This document shows, one piece after another, positions 40,330 through 53,171 of a stretch of DNA of 64,000 nucleotides; position 1 is the first letter of the stretch; every line of letters begins with the position of its first letter. Both the position numbers and the translations under genes were made by a program. This stretch comes from Eledone cirrhosa (taxonomy: Eukaryota), in assembly GCA_964016885.1 (NCBI GenBank), contig OZ024740.1:409324001-409388000 (forward strand). Reading direction: 5' to 3'. The notes beneath the pieces are model-generated. The model did not search any database. It was not told where the DNA came from and saw nothing but the letters and a program-made list of their open reading frames with translations.

Positions 40330-40845
40330 GTGCGTCGTTGAATCTCCTTAAGAATTACGTTACGGGTAAGCACATTGTGGAATGCTCAGCTACTGAGATG
40401 CCTGGAGTCCCTGGATGCCGGTTCTGGTGGGCAGCTGTTGAAGAACTGCCTGGTTGCATGTGCGGCCCCCTCACAGCCACCGGACACGCCGACACCCAGT
40501 TGCACCGGACTAAGCTCCTCACCCAGTTCAGGTGTGATGAACCTGCAGACCACCTTAGCAGCCAACCTCCGGAAGACATTGCCCACAGCAATGGGACGTA
40601 TGCCACCCTCTTCCTTCCTGAGGGCGGTCAGGCTAGCCGAAAAAAAGAGGCCTCGGGTGTGAGGGTCCAGGACGCCATGGATGAGCCTATTGGTGAGTGC
40701 CACAATTGCATTCAGAAGGCAGCGCCTGGCCTCAGCGGAGAGGTGGCCAGGTCGGAGACCATCAGCACCTCCGCTGCTACTAGCTGGGAAAGACTTGATG
40801 GCAGACATGATGTCTGCGTCGGAAGCCACAAGAAGCAGCTACTTG
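40330..40845 (-). pseudogene. CRE-clade non-LTR retrotransposon RT N-terminal fragment
   Basis: SSGGADGLRPGHL..LTALRKEEGGIRPIAVGNVFRRLAAK..PVQLGVGVSGGCE. Confidence 0.85.
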
Positions 40846-41631
40846 AACGTTAATTTCACAAGTAGGTTAATCCATTGAATGAACAACTAGAACACTCGTT
40901 GTTGGAGCTAACCAAGTAATAACAAAAGTTTTTCATTACTAGTTACACCCTCTTATTTTTCAAGATCAAATCACATCAAGAATGACTTTAATTTTCATTT
41001 ATCTAAGGTCAATTAAATAAGAGCCAATGAAGTTGTGGGATGGAAGAGATATGTGGCTTAGTATATTACAAGTCACCTTTATCGATTGTATAATAATTGC
41101 TGTTGTGTACATATTTAGTGTCACGTGAAGCATTCCGGCTGATGCCAAACATCTTTCTATATATTGCATAACTATAAAACTTACCTAACTATAAGAATGA
41201 CGGATATTTCGAATTTTTCTGGAAAATAATTTGATCTTTTTTTATTGTTTAACGGGAGAGGGAAGCAAATAACCACCGAAATTGGTTGAGGGAAAGAGAG
41301 AAGAACGGAGGGAGAAGAGAAGCTATCATGAAACCTGTCTCGAATGCTTGCAACAGACAACCAGGTGATGTTAAACTGTCGACGGATTAAGTCTACTATC
41401 CAAGTATGTTGTAGCGGGATTTGAACTCAAAACGCAGAGAGCCGGATTAAATATCACAAATAGTTTCGTCATACGTTCTAGTGTTTCTACTAGTTCCCCA
41501 CTCTGATGTTTAAAGAATATAGTCGTGCTGAGTAATTTTTAAAATCTGCTCATATAACATTACGTATAATATTTATTATTCTTGTATATACAACATGTTG
41601 CACACACACACACACGCGCGCACGCACACGC

Positions 41632-41700
<69 letters not shown>

Positions 41701-42137
41701 GGCCTACTGGCCAGGTGGCCAGGCTGCCCAATGGCAAGTGAGCCCCAGGGGATCCACAGTAGCATTGCAGAGCCCACTGTAGTATTTTAGGGGCCAATGC
41801 TTTGCTTTCAAAAAATACCTGAAATCTAAGAGAAAGAACAAAATGTTTAAAAAAATAAATAAAACAATTAAGCAAAGCATTTGGTCAACCAATTCCCCAG
41901 GGATTTACTAGAAACCAAAATATACGATACTGCAAATAGCTGGAATCAGTGGTTGTACATTCTACTAAATCTAAAGCTTAGTGTATTCATTCATGCATGC
42001 CTCGTACATATATAGACACACACACAAGCATATGTATATATATATATATTTATATACTTACACAAGAACTATTGACCACATAATATTTGGTATCAATGGG
42101 TTAAAGACATCAGTCAAATCAATTAGTGGTGAAGCTG

Positions 42138-42218
<81 letters not shown>

Positions 42219-42399
42219 AAACAGTATGACCCCGACGGCAGGGCTCAAGCCGTTTCGACGGCTATTTCTGGACTCCAGAAATAGCCGTCGAAACGGCTTG
42301 AGCTCTGCCGTCTGGGTCATACTTTTTCCTGTCCTACCCAAAGTATTGAGTACTCTGGTGCGTTATGGTATATCTGGTTCCTTACCACAATTCCTTCGT

Positions 42400-42430
<31 letters not shown>

Positions 42431-42537
42431 ATAATAATAAATTTGAAGACTAAAATCCAAAGAGGGCTCGATAAGGATAAATATATATCAAATATATAAG
42501 AACCGTAGAGCAAATATTTATTAAAATAACAGATTAA

Positions 42538-42588
42538 AGTTTAAGCAAAGAATCGCTGCTTTCACCCTTAACGGGATCTTCTGAAACT
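42538..42588 (-). ncRNA. Hammerhead ribozyme (CAGAAGA core) in fold-back pLTR 42425-42664
   Basis: Minus strand: agttt CAGAAGA tccc-gttaa-gggt GAAA GCA..TGC TT aaact. The mirror copy on plus has a truncated stem I. Confidence 0.7.
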
Positions 42589-42726
42589 GAGGTTCAGAAG
42601 ATCCCGTTAAGGGTGAAAGCAGCGATTCTTTGCTTAAACTTTAATCTGTTATTTTAATAAATATATATATATATATAGGAACCAGTAAGACCCCGACATC
42701 TGAGCTCAAGCCGTTTCGACGGCTAA

Positions 42727-42813
<87 letters not shown>

Positions 42814-43020
42814 CGCGCGTGTGTGTGTGTGTGTGTGTGTGTGCAACATGTTGTATATACAAGAATAATAAATATTATACGTAATTCCAGAATTAGCCGT
42901 CGAAACGGCTTGAGCTCAGCTGTCGGGGTCTTACTGGTTCCTATTACCCACTCTACTACCTCAAGTATTGAGTACTTTGGTGCGTTATGGTCTACCTGGT
43001 TCCTTACCACATTTCCTTCG

Positions 43021-43052
<32 letters not shown>

Positions 43053-43107
43053 CGAAGGAATTGTGGTAAGGAACCAGATAGACCATATACGTATATATAT
43101 ATATATA

Positions 43108-44010
43108 TGAGGTGTGTCAGAAAAGTTCCAGGACTGATGTCCCAAAAGATTTATTTCAAACCCAAACTTCACACTAAGAGTTTTCTCCTTCAAAGTAATC
43201 CCCCTAGAGTCTTTTCCAATGTACTTTTCCATCCTTTTCTGTCACGCTTGCATGCACTCCTGGAAGGATTCTTCCTGGATCCTCCGCAGTTCCGTCGTCA
43301 CGGCCATTTTGATGTCGTCCACGTCTTCAAAACGGGTCCCCTCCGGGTCGTACTCGAAGATCCATGACTCATCACCGGTGATGACTGTCCCTAGCAAGTC
43401 TGGTTCGGTTTCAAGACGCTCGAGGATGTCCTGGCACACTTGCATGCGTCGACCCTTCTCGTCATTGTTCAGCAATTTTGGCACCATCTTCGCGCAGACT
43501 TTCCGCATGTCCAAATCTTCGGTGAGAATCTTCCAGACATTGTCTCGATTCATTCCCAGCTCATTTGCCATCAGTCGAACAGTCAGCCGACGATCGCTAC
43601 GCACCATCTGCCTGACGCGCTCAACGTTGACCTCAGTCCTGGTTGTTGAGGGCCTTCCGCTCCTGGGGTCATCTTCCACGTCCTCGCGTCCTTCTTTAAA
43701 CCTCTTGCACCATTCAAAAACACGTGAGCGTAACATCGTCTCATCTCCATACACTTGCTGCAGCGGAGTTTTCCCCAACCGTACCAGAAACTTCAAGTTT
43801 GTTCGTTGCTCTGTGCTCATTGCTTGACGACCTGAATCAGAGGACATGTATATAAAATTATGAAGAAAAAAGTTTGTTCGCTGCAGAGAGCTAATATTAC
43901 AGTTACATACGCCAAGGGGATTACTTTGAAGGAGAAAACTGTTAGTGTGAAGTTTGGGTTTGAAATAAATCTTTTGTGACATCTATCCTGGAACTTTTCT
44001 GACACACCTC

Positions 44011-44011
<1 letters not shown>
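43108..44011 (-). mobile_element. Mariner transposon, internally deleted, with about 97-bp TIRs and TA TSD
   Basis: EQRTNLKF, WCKRFKEGREDVEDDPRSGRPST, KMVPKLL, and ITGDESWIFEYDPE joined directly to GTRFEDV. A stray TIR piece lies at 44249-44268. Confidence 0.95.
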
Positions 44012-44088
<77 letters not shown>

Positions 44089-44185
44089 TATATATATATA
44101 TATATATTATATATATATATATTATATATATATATATATTATATATATATATATATATTATATATATATATATATATTATATATA

Positions 44186-44249
<64 letters not shown>

Positions 44250-44528
44250 GAGGTGTGTCAGAAAAGTTATATATATAACGAAGGAAGTGTGGTAAGGAAC
44301 CAGGTGGACCATAACGCACCAGAGTACTCAATACTTTGGGTAGTAGAATGGGTAATAGGAAAATGTTCAAGACCCCGACGGCAGCGCTCAAGCTGTTTCA
44401 ACGGCTATTTCTGGACTAAATTAGATTTTCAGCGTGGTAGTAAAGAGCCGAACTTTTCAAGGGGTAGTTCCTATTAATTCATCATCGCATCGGTGGCAAC
44501 GTTTTTCGAAATATTTACTTCTGCGTTC

Positions 44529-44605
44529 ACAGATTGATTTTTTTTAGTTTCAGAAGATCCCGTTAAGGGTGAAAGCAGCGATTCTTTGCTTAAACTTTAA
44601 TCTGT
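44529..44605 (+). ncRNA. Type I hammerhead ribozyme variant in the 5' pLTR (3' pLTR copy at 47719-47794 has CAAAAGA)
   Basis: acagatt..agttt CAGAAGA t-ccc-gttaa-ggg-t GAAA GCA-gcgattctt-TGC TT aaact-tt-aatctgt. Confidence 0.75.
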
Positions 44606-45371
44606 TATTTTAATAAATATTTGCTCTAAGGTTCTTATATATTTGATATATATATTTATCCTTATCGAGCCCTCTTTGGATTTTAGTCTTGAAATTTATT
44701 ATTATTACTATTTGGCTCCCTCGGTTGAGCACTCTATTGACTTATATTCATCATGCAGAAACAACATCTGAATATTTCTACAAAGAACATACCCGTACCA
44801 AGCAGGAATGCATACCTAAAACTCCTGATACAGAAAACACACTCGTTCCTTAAAAGGTTGCGTTGGCGTGCCTTTTATTTCGATAATCAGGAAAAAGCGG
44901 ACAATAAATAGGATAAATTTGGGTTTAAAACTTATAATAACCCTCTGAATAACTCAGCATTGCTACCCTTCGAAAACGGTGTCTTGGAACTCATACAGAG
45001 TTTCAAATTTCGGAATAGGAGCAATTCCTTCCAGCAGGACCTGAAGAATAGAATTCGTTCTATTAAGGATTCTAATGCCGTGCACGTCCACTCCGACAAA
45101 ACTGGCAATCTATATCAAGTGGAGCGCAGTACTTACCATCAACTACTACATAATACTATAACTAAGGATTACCGGAAAAGTAATCGGAGTGTCATTAATG
45201 ACATCAGCGATGCTGGGTTTAAAATCACCTCTGAACTCAACATCCAGGACCGGACTGAACCACTGGACCCTATTTCTCCCCACTTTACCCTGAAGGATCA
45301 CAAACCCAATTTCGCCAACAACCCTTCTATTCGGCTTATTAACCCCACGAAGTCCAATTTAGGTAGACTTA

Positions 45372-45591
45372 AGGAACGATCGACTTTCGTCAAATCGGAC
45401 CGAGGGAACAATGTTTCCGTTGGTCTTTCCAATTGCTAATACTATCTATCGGTCGCAACTCCAGGTAGAAGGAGCAACGTGAAATAAAGTGTCTTGCTCA
45501 AGGACATAACGCATCGCCTGGTCCAGGAATCGAACTCACAACCTTACGATTGCGAATCCAATTCCCTAACCACTCAGCCACACACCTTCAC
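45372..45591 (-). mobile_element. tRNA-derived SINE family B (CORE-like) inserted in the PLE ORF, 11-bp TSD AGGTAGACTTA
   Basis: A box tggctgagtgg, B box gagttcgattcc, then tgtccttgagcaagacact. TSD at 45361-45371 and 45592-45602. Relatives at 53848-53990 and about 20575-20780. Confidence 0.9.
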
Positions 45592-47892
45592 AGGTAGACT
45601 TAGTAAAAGGATTTTAGATACAATTATACCTGAAATTAGAAGCTTGGCCCCTCTTATGGAACAATTCTTTCGCGGTGATTGATTGGTTCAACGGCATATG
45701 CAACAAAGAATATTGCCGTTTTATCCAATTCGACATCAATAATTACTACTACTCCATCACTTTAGCACTTCTTAAAGCTATCAATTTCGCTAAAACGCTC
45801 ATAGTGGTTAAGGATTTCGAAGTTAATGTCATCCTCAATGCCCGTAAGTCGGTTATTAATTTCGACGACTCTATTTGGATTAAAAAATATAATAGTACCC
45901 CATTCGATGTGAGTATGGGCGCCAGCGATTCTGCGGAGGTTACTGATCTTATTGGCCTTTTCCTTCTTTTCTCTATCAAGGAAGAATTCCCCAATGTGGC
46001 CGGTGGTTTGCACCGTGATGACGGTCTTTTGACCATGACAAAGTGCGGTCCACGCCCTTGTGACAGGTTCAGAAAAGAACTCACAGCCTTCTATAAAGGC
46101 TTCAACCTCTCTTCAACATGTTGAGGCCAACGTCTCGGTCGTTAATTACCTCGACGTTACCCTCAATTTGTCGAATGGCTTGCACTACCCGTATAGAAAG
46201 CCGAATAATACGCTTAATTACATAAGTAAGCATTCTAACCATACTGCCATCATAACCAAGAACCCGGTAAGAAACGTTTCTTTGAGGCTTTCTCGTCTAT
46301 CTACAAACGAGTATATTTTCACCGATCATTCCACATATTTCGATGAAGCTCTTGCTCGGAGTGGATTTGTTGATAAGGTAGCATATACTAAGTATAGGCA
46401 TAGACCAAGGAAAAATAGATCCCGACGCATTATATGGTATAATCCACCATATAATATGGAGGTGGTCACACCATTAGCTAAGATCTTTCTCTCTCTTATT
46501 AAGAAGCATTTCCCCTCAGCACATAAATATAATATTTTTTAAAATAGAAATACCATTAAAATATCTTACTCTACAACTCCTAACCTTGCACATAACATCA
46601 CTGCTTCAAATTTAGCTAAATTACCTAGCCGTAGGAACACGTGCAACCCTGTAGCTGGTACTAACTGTAATTGTAGGAATCGGGTTGACTGCCCTCTATC
46701 CTGGAAATGCCTCTCCAGTAACATTGTCTACAAATGTAAAGTCGAAACACCCACGTCCCGTAGCGCCTACATAGGGTTAACCGCCAATAGATTCAAGCAT
46801 CGTCTTTACATGCACACCCATTCTTTTCTTAACCCTTTAAGAAGGAATATGACGTCACTTTCAGCTTATATCTGGAGTCTAAAAGACAACCACACCCAAT
46901 ATAGGTTACACTGGGAGATCCTAGCTGAGGCTAGATCGTATAACGGAAATAAAAGAACATGTGACCTCTGCGCCGCTGAGGCCATGGAAATACTCTACGC
47001 CAAAGACCACATCTTAAACAAAAAATCTGAGGCAATTTCGGCTTGTAAACATAAATTGTACAAATCTTTCCTGTATTACAGCCCCACATTATAACCTAAC
47101 GGATAGTACGATCTATACGCGGATATTTTACGTCTTGATGTGGTAGCTAAGTATATGTTATGTTTATACCATTACTTATTTGTTTGGTAAGTATATATTA
47201 CCTGTATGTTTTGTGACGGTACGTATACTTTCTCGTACGTATATTTGCTTGCATATGTTATAGGTGTATATATTATATTATATATACTGGTACTTGTGTA
47301 TATGGTTTTGTGTATATGTGTATTTTATGTTTGTGTGTATGCGTGTTTGCACATATATAAGGTGTGTATACGTGTACTTTGTGTTTTTGTTGACGTACGT
47401 TTAGTAAACATATGTGTATTTACCTGTAGTTATGTGTGTGCGTACGTTATATACGTATTTATGTGTGTATATTTATATACGTTTATATAATTATATGTAT
47501 ATTCACATGCGTGGATGCGTCTATGTATATATTTAATTATTGTTGATTTCAATAAGCTCTGTCATTTTAGTTCTACTAATTTATTTACATTATTCTTAAC
47601 TCTGAAGCCGAGAATCATTCGGTTTTCCTAAATTGAATATTAGTCTGCGACTTCATTTATACGATAATCATTTTTTCTTTCGGTTGCAACGTTTTTCGAA
47701 ATATTTACTTCTGCGTTCACAGATTGATTTTTTTAGTTTCAAAAGATCCCGTTAAGGGTGAAAGCAGCGATTCTTTGCTTAAACTCTAATCTGTTATTTT
47801 AATAAATATTTGCTCTAGGGTTCATATATATTTGATATATATTTATCCTTATCGAGCCCTCTTTGGATTTTAGTCTTGAAATTTATTATTAT

Positions 47893-47949
<57 letters not shown>

Positions 47950-47954
<5 letters not shown>

Positions 47955-50890
47955 GTTATATAGTAAGGTGCATTATTGGTTGTGTAAAATGGTCCAATAA
48001 CTTTATGTTACCAATATTAAGTTCTCCACGCTTTTGTATATCTCCAATTCCATTCAAGGGAACAGCTAGATGATGTAAAACGGAGTATAAGTATCAAAAT
48101 GAAAACCTGGTGGGCTTTTACCTCCTTGACTTTCACTGTCTCGGAGTGGAAATGCCCCACTTGGGAGGCGGCGCTTACCGTGACGACGTTTTGTTTACTG
48201 TGTCGTTCCATAGTAATAGTATGGTAGAGAGGGCGAGGAAAAAATTAGCAAATTCTTCAACAACATAGACCCAAGTATAGTATTTGAAGAGAACTTAAAG
48301 ATAGTTAATTTTCTAGATGTTACACTTAACCTCAATTCAGGACTCTTCCAACCTTACCACAAACCTAACGAGAATCTAAACTATGTCAACGCAAAATCGA
48401 ACCACCCTAGAATAGTCACTAACGGTATTACCAAAAGCGTCTCTAGTAGAATTTCAGGACTATCTTCCAATGAATATACCTTTAATAAGATCTCGAATTA
48501 CTATAATAGCGCCCTTGAACGCGCAGCACATAGCGAGGGAATCTCATTCAAACGTCCATTAAATAGTAGAAGCAACATTGCCTGAGATAGCTTAGGCCTA
48601 AATAGTGACACTCTAGTTAACAGCAGGCGTGATACGAGGGAGGATTTATATAGACTTCATGTTGTATTGACGCCTAGTCCCAATGCTGTGGTACCAATAG
48701 AAACAACCACCCAGGTACTAACACGGGGTCTGAGCAACGTAACGCCAGCGGAACTCTAATGGTAACCTTAATTGTGGAACCGATAAAACTACCGTTGAAC
48801 GCAGTATGGAACGAGGGTCGAGTAAGGGGAATAGGGACAGGTGTAGCAGACGCATAGTGGATACAACCCCGGCTATCGAGGGTGGTCCCAATGGCCACAC
48901 GGGGGGTACACCGCCCTGGATACATGGGACGATTCCGAACACAATCGTGACACCCCGGGACACCATCGACCCGGAGGCAATTTCCAGTTACAATAGACCA
49001 GTAACTACTAGGGAGAGAGGTAATTCTAATATAGTTAGTAAGAACAAGAGGCATCGGACCAGAAAAGTCCTGTGGTATAATCCCCCTTACTCCACTGGCC
49101 TGACCACTAGTATAGCTAAGCTTTTCTTTAGGGCCTTAGACAAATGCTTCCCTAGATCGCACAGATATTATAAAATATTCAATAGAAATACCATCAAGCT
49201 GTCCTACTCCACAACTAGTAACATAGCTCAGAATATAGCTAAGATGAATTATAGTAGACTTAGGACAGCCCATGAGGGAATTAGGCATGGCAGGAACAAT
49301 GGCAGCTCTATTGAGGAACTGGCTCATACACGTGAGGTGAGTCGGGTCTCCCCAACTCCAGGGAATTTACCCATAGAGCAGACACGAACTGAGACCCGAC
49401 CCCAAAGGTACCATGGTCCATCTGGAATTACCCAGGTCGATAGCAAAAAATGTAACTGCAGAAGCACCGCCACATACCCCATGGCTGGGAAATGCCTTAT
49501 CAAAGACATAGTCTCCGACTGTAAGGTCTCCACTCCTGATAAAACCTTTAGGTATGTTGGAGCAACTGCCACGGAATTTAAGGATATATGGTATAATCAC
49601 CGCCATACCTTTAATAGATTAGATAAAAAATATAGCACGGCACTTTCTGAATTAGTCTGGAAGCTTAAACATCAGAATATAGAGCACTCCTTATCCTGGT
49701 CCATAGTTTGCTCAGCCTAATCTTATAACGGCAGCACTGGTGTCTGCAATTTATGTATAGCTGAAACTTTTAATATTATTAGAGGCGGCCCCCTATTAAT
49801 TAATAGGAGAGCAGATTTTCTCAGCAACTGCCAACATAGAACCTCGAAAACCTTCCGCAGGATCTTTGGAAGGTAACCTACCACTAACTCCTCCCTCTCT
49901 ACTTTAGCCATAGAGTTCCCTCAATAAACAGACAGTCACACACTCAGGTAGTTAGACGGCTAAGATTGTTTGAACTCTTACAAACGATACTCGGCCTGTT
50001 TCCACGGAGTTCTCACAGCTGAGTGCACTTTTTTAGAATACCTAGCTAGTAAATAGTTAGATTGATTACACACTTAGTATACCTAGTTAGTAATTGATTG
50101 CACACTCGGACATGACCGATTACGCGCACCTACCTTTACTTTAAGATACCCTAACCATTGAGTTCTCTCAGTTGATATAGCTAGTCGTATTACACACTTA
50201 GTTAGGACCGATTACGCTCTCTATACATAACTCTACACACAGTACCCGTTTCCTTTAGACATTGAGCTCCCACAATTGCGACTGTCACGTTCCTACCGAC
50301 TGAACACTACACTAGGTTTTGATCCGTGATCATCTAACCATGGAGGACTCACTGTTACGGATTGAACAATAATACTGACACACCATTAATGGGCCTACAC
50401 ACATCCTTTGGATTTTACTATCCTGTGTTTTTTTTTTTACCTCACCTTCTGTGTTGGATAACACACCTCCACCACCCAAACAACTATCTTAAAAGCTCAT
50501 TGGCCCATATGACGGGAAATCGCACTTACGGACGCATTTACCCAATACCCAACCCTACACAGAGCCCTTTGCTGGCCTACATTACGGTTGCTTGCACGCA
50601 CGGATTTGGTGACTCGGATTTTCAATGGGACAGCGGTACATACTGCACCGATAGAAATCTGAAAACTTTTATGACCTCAACTGAAGTTAATAGCAGTCGC
50701 TGTGTCTATGACTGGTGTGTCTTCATATGAGGGAATGAATTCTGTGAGAGAACATCGTTATTTTTCTCCCTCATATCAAGAATTTGAAGACAATTCATTT
50801 TCACCTGATGAGATCAGTAATAATCGATCATGGCTTCACAATCGATCTATCTCTTATTGAAACATGTGTCGTGATTAAATGATTGGAATT
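47950..50890 (+). mobile_element. Second, 5'-truncated Penelope-like element with long 3' UTR
   Basis: GGAYRDD, NFLDVTLNL, KSNHP, RKVLWYNPPY, CNCR, IVS..YVG, LSELVWKLK, CNLC, terminal HHR, then (TA)n. Confidence 0.9.
50796..50881 (+). ncRNA. Type I minimal hammerhead ribozyme
   Basis: cattt-tcac CTGATGA [47 nt] GAAA C-atgt-G TC gtga-tt-aaatg, with a GUC cleavage site. Confidence 0.85.
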
Positions 50891-50915
50891 TTACCTTGCC
50901 TTCGGATTTTCATTT

Positions 50916-50980
<65 letters not shown>

Positions 50981-51061
50981 CAAAGAATAAAACAAAAACA
51001 AGGAGTGCAGTACGAACTGTGTTATTATTAGGTTCACGCTATAGATATAGATATATAGATA

Positions 51062-51236
<175 letters not shown>

Positions 51237-51471
51237 GAGAGAGAGTGAGTGTGAAAGACCAAAGGTCATTATTGAAAGTCGCAAAATACATATTTTTTAT
51301 TGGAGAAGGTAAGATATTTTCCCGCAAACAATTGATTGCACTGGTTTGTTTCCACTTATGTATTTTTTGAAAATGTTATTTATTCATTATAAAAATTAAA
51401 TGATAGCATTCTATATGTAGGTGGGCCCCCTTCATCTGGCAACCAATATTTTTAGACCTAGTCCGCCACTG

Positions 51472-51503
<32 letters not shown>

Positions 51504-52001
51504 GAGAAGAAAGAAGAATACTGCGTGGTTGCACATGGGTTACATATGATAAAATTAGTCCTTCGTCAGTAATTTGCCAACCATCATTGATATTTCATCG
51601 CATTAATAATCATATACCTCAGGTTGGTACGAGCAATAACTAAAAAAAGCTATTGGGACAAGTAAATCGCGTAAAGCGAGTGAGACAAGTAAACAACATA
51701 GAAGGATGAAAGCAACGAGTAGGACCCCGACGGCTGAGCTCAAGCCGTTTCCAGAATTAGCCGTCGAAACGGCTTGAGCTCAGCCGTCGGGGTCCTACTC
51801 GTTCCTATTACCCACTCTACTATCCTAAGTATTGAGTACTTTGATGCGTTATGGTCCTTACCACATTTCCTTCGTTATATATATATATATATATAATGTC
51901 AATCATTGTAAGTTTGAATCTGACATGCAAAAACATATACATAGGAATGAGGTAAGCTCAAATCATAGTAGATTCAAATATCACAAAGAGAAAGAGAGAG
52001 A

Positions 52002-52072
<71 letters not shown>

Positions 52073-52816
52073 GGGGCATGAGGTGCAACAGAAATGAAAC
52101 ATGGATTACAGGTTAAAATTTAGTCTAGATAGATGTGAAACAAAACGCGGATGTAGTTTATGGAACACCCAAATGATTTAGAAGTCTATCTTAAGTAGGA
52201 GCATTAACATTAAGAAAGACATGAAAGAGAACACAACACTTTGTTTTGAAAATTTTCAAAGTAGGTTTATAAGTATGAATTTTCATGAGATTTTCATAGT
52301 TGTCTCTGTGGCCTAGCGGTAGGTACTAGAGACGTTGGAGATCCTGATGGGTTCAATCCTGGTCAAGAGATACATGTAACCTTTTTCAGTTTTTATTTTA
52401 CAACCAATAGAAAACAAACTGAAAAGGTTTACCGGGAACCCTATTCTCAACCAGGATCGAACTTTAGACCAGGATCACCACCATCTATGATTCCTCCAAC
52501 TAGGCCACTGAGACAGCTACAAAAGTATAGTGAAAATTGATAATTATAAACCTACATTCAAAATCAAAGTTAAAAAGATGTGGTGTCGTTCATGGCTTTC
52601 CTAGAGCTATTCGTAATATTTAGGGTCGACTTCTGGTCATCATTGAAAGTCTCTGGATTTCACAAAATACATAATATTTTTTATTGGAGAAGGTAAGATA
52701 TTTTACCGTAAAATTTGATTGCACTGTTTTGTTTCCACTCATAAATGATAGCATTCTATATGTAGGTGGGACCCCGTCATCTGGCAACCAATATTTTTAG
52801 ACCCAGTCTGCCACTG

Positions 52817-52885
<69 letters not shown>

Positions 52886-53083
52886 ACACACACATAATTG
52901 GTACTACAGTTATGAAGGCTTTGAAAATTTCTCAAATTACATTTTGTCTTCGTCGGGAATGCCGACACGTCTTGAAACAAAAGGATGGTATGGTTATTAT
53001 GATATTGTGCAATCTTGCCTAATGTCAGTGAGTGCCATGTGTGTGTGTCTCTCTTTCTCTCTCTCTCTCTGTACGCTTGTGTT

Positions 53084-53171
<88 letters not shown>

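Larger units (their letters stand above)
44490..47898 (+). mobile_element. Near full-length Penelope-like element with direct pLTRs (44490-44711, 47680-47898)
   Basis: Disrupted ORF 44753-47094: LKRLRWRA, DKTGN, FDINNYY, SMGA, HRDD, NYLDVTLNL, WYNPPY, CNCR..CP..C, IVY..YIG (GIY-YIG), CDLC. Confidence 0.93.
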
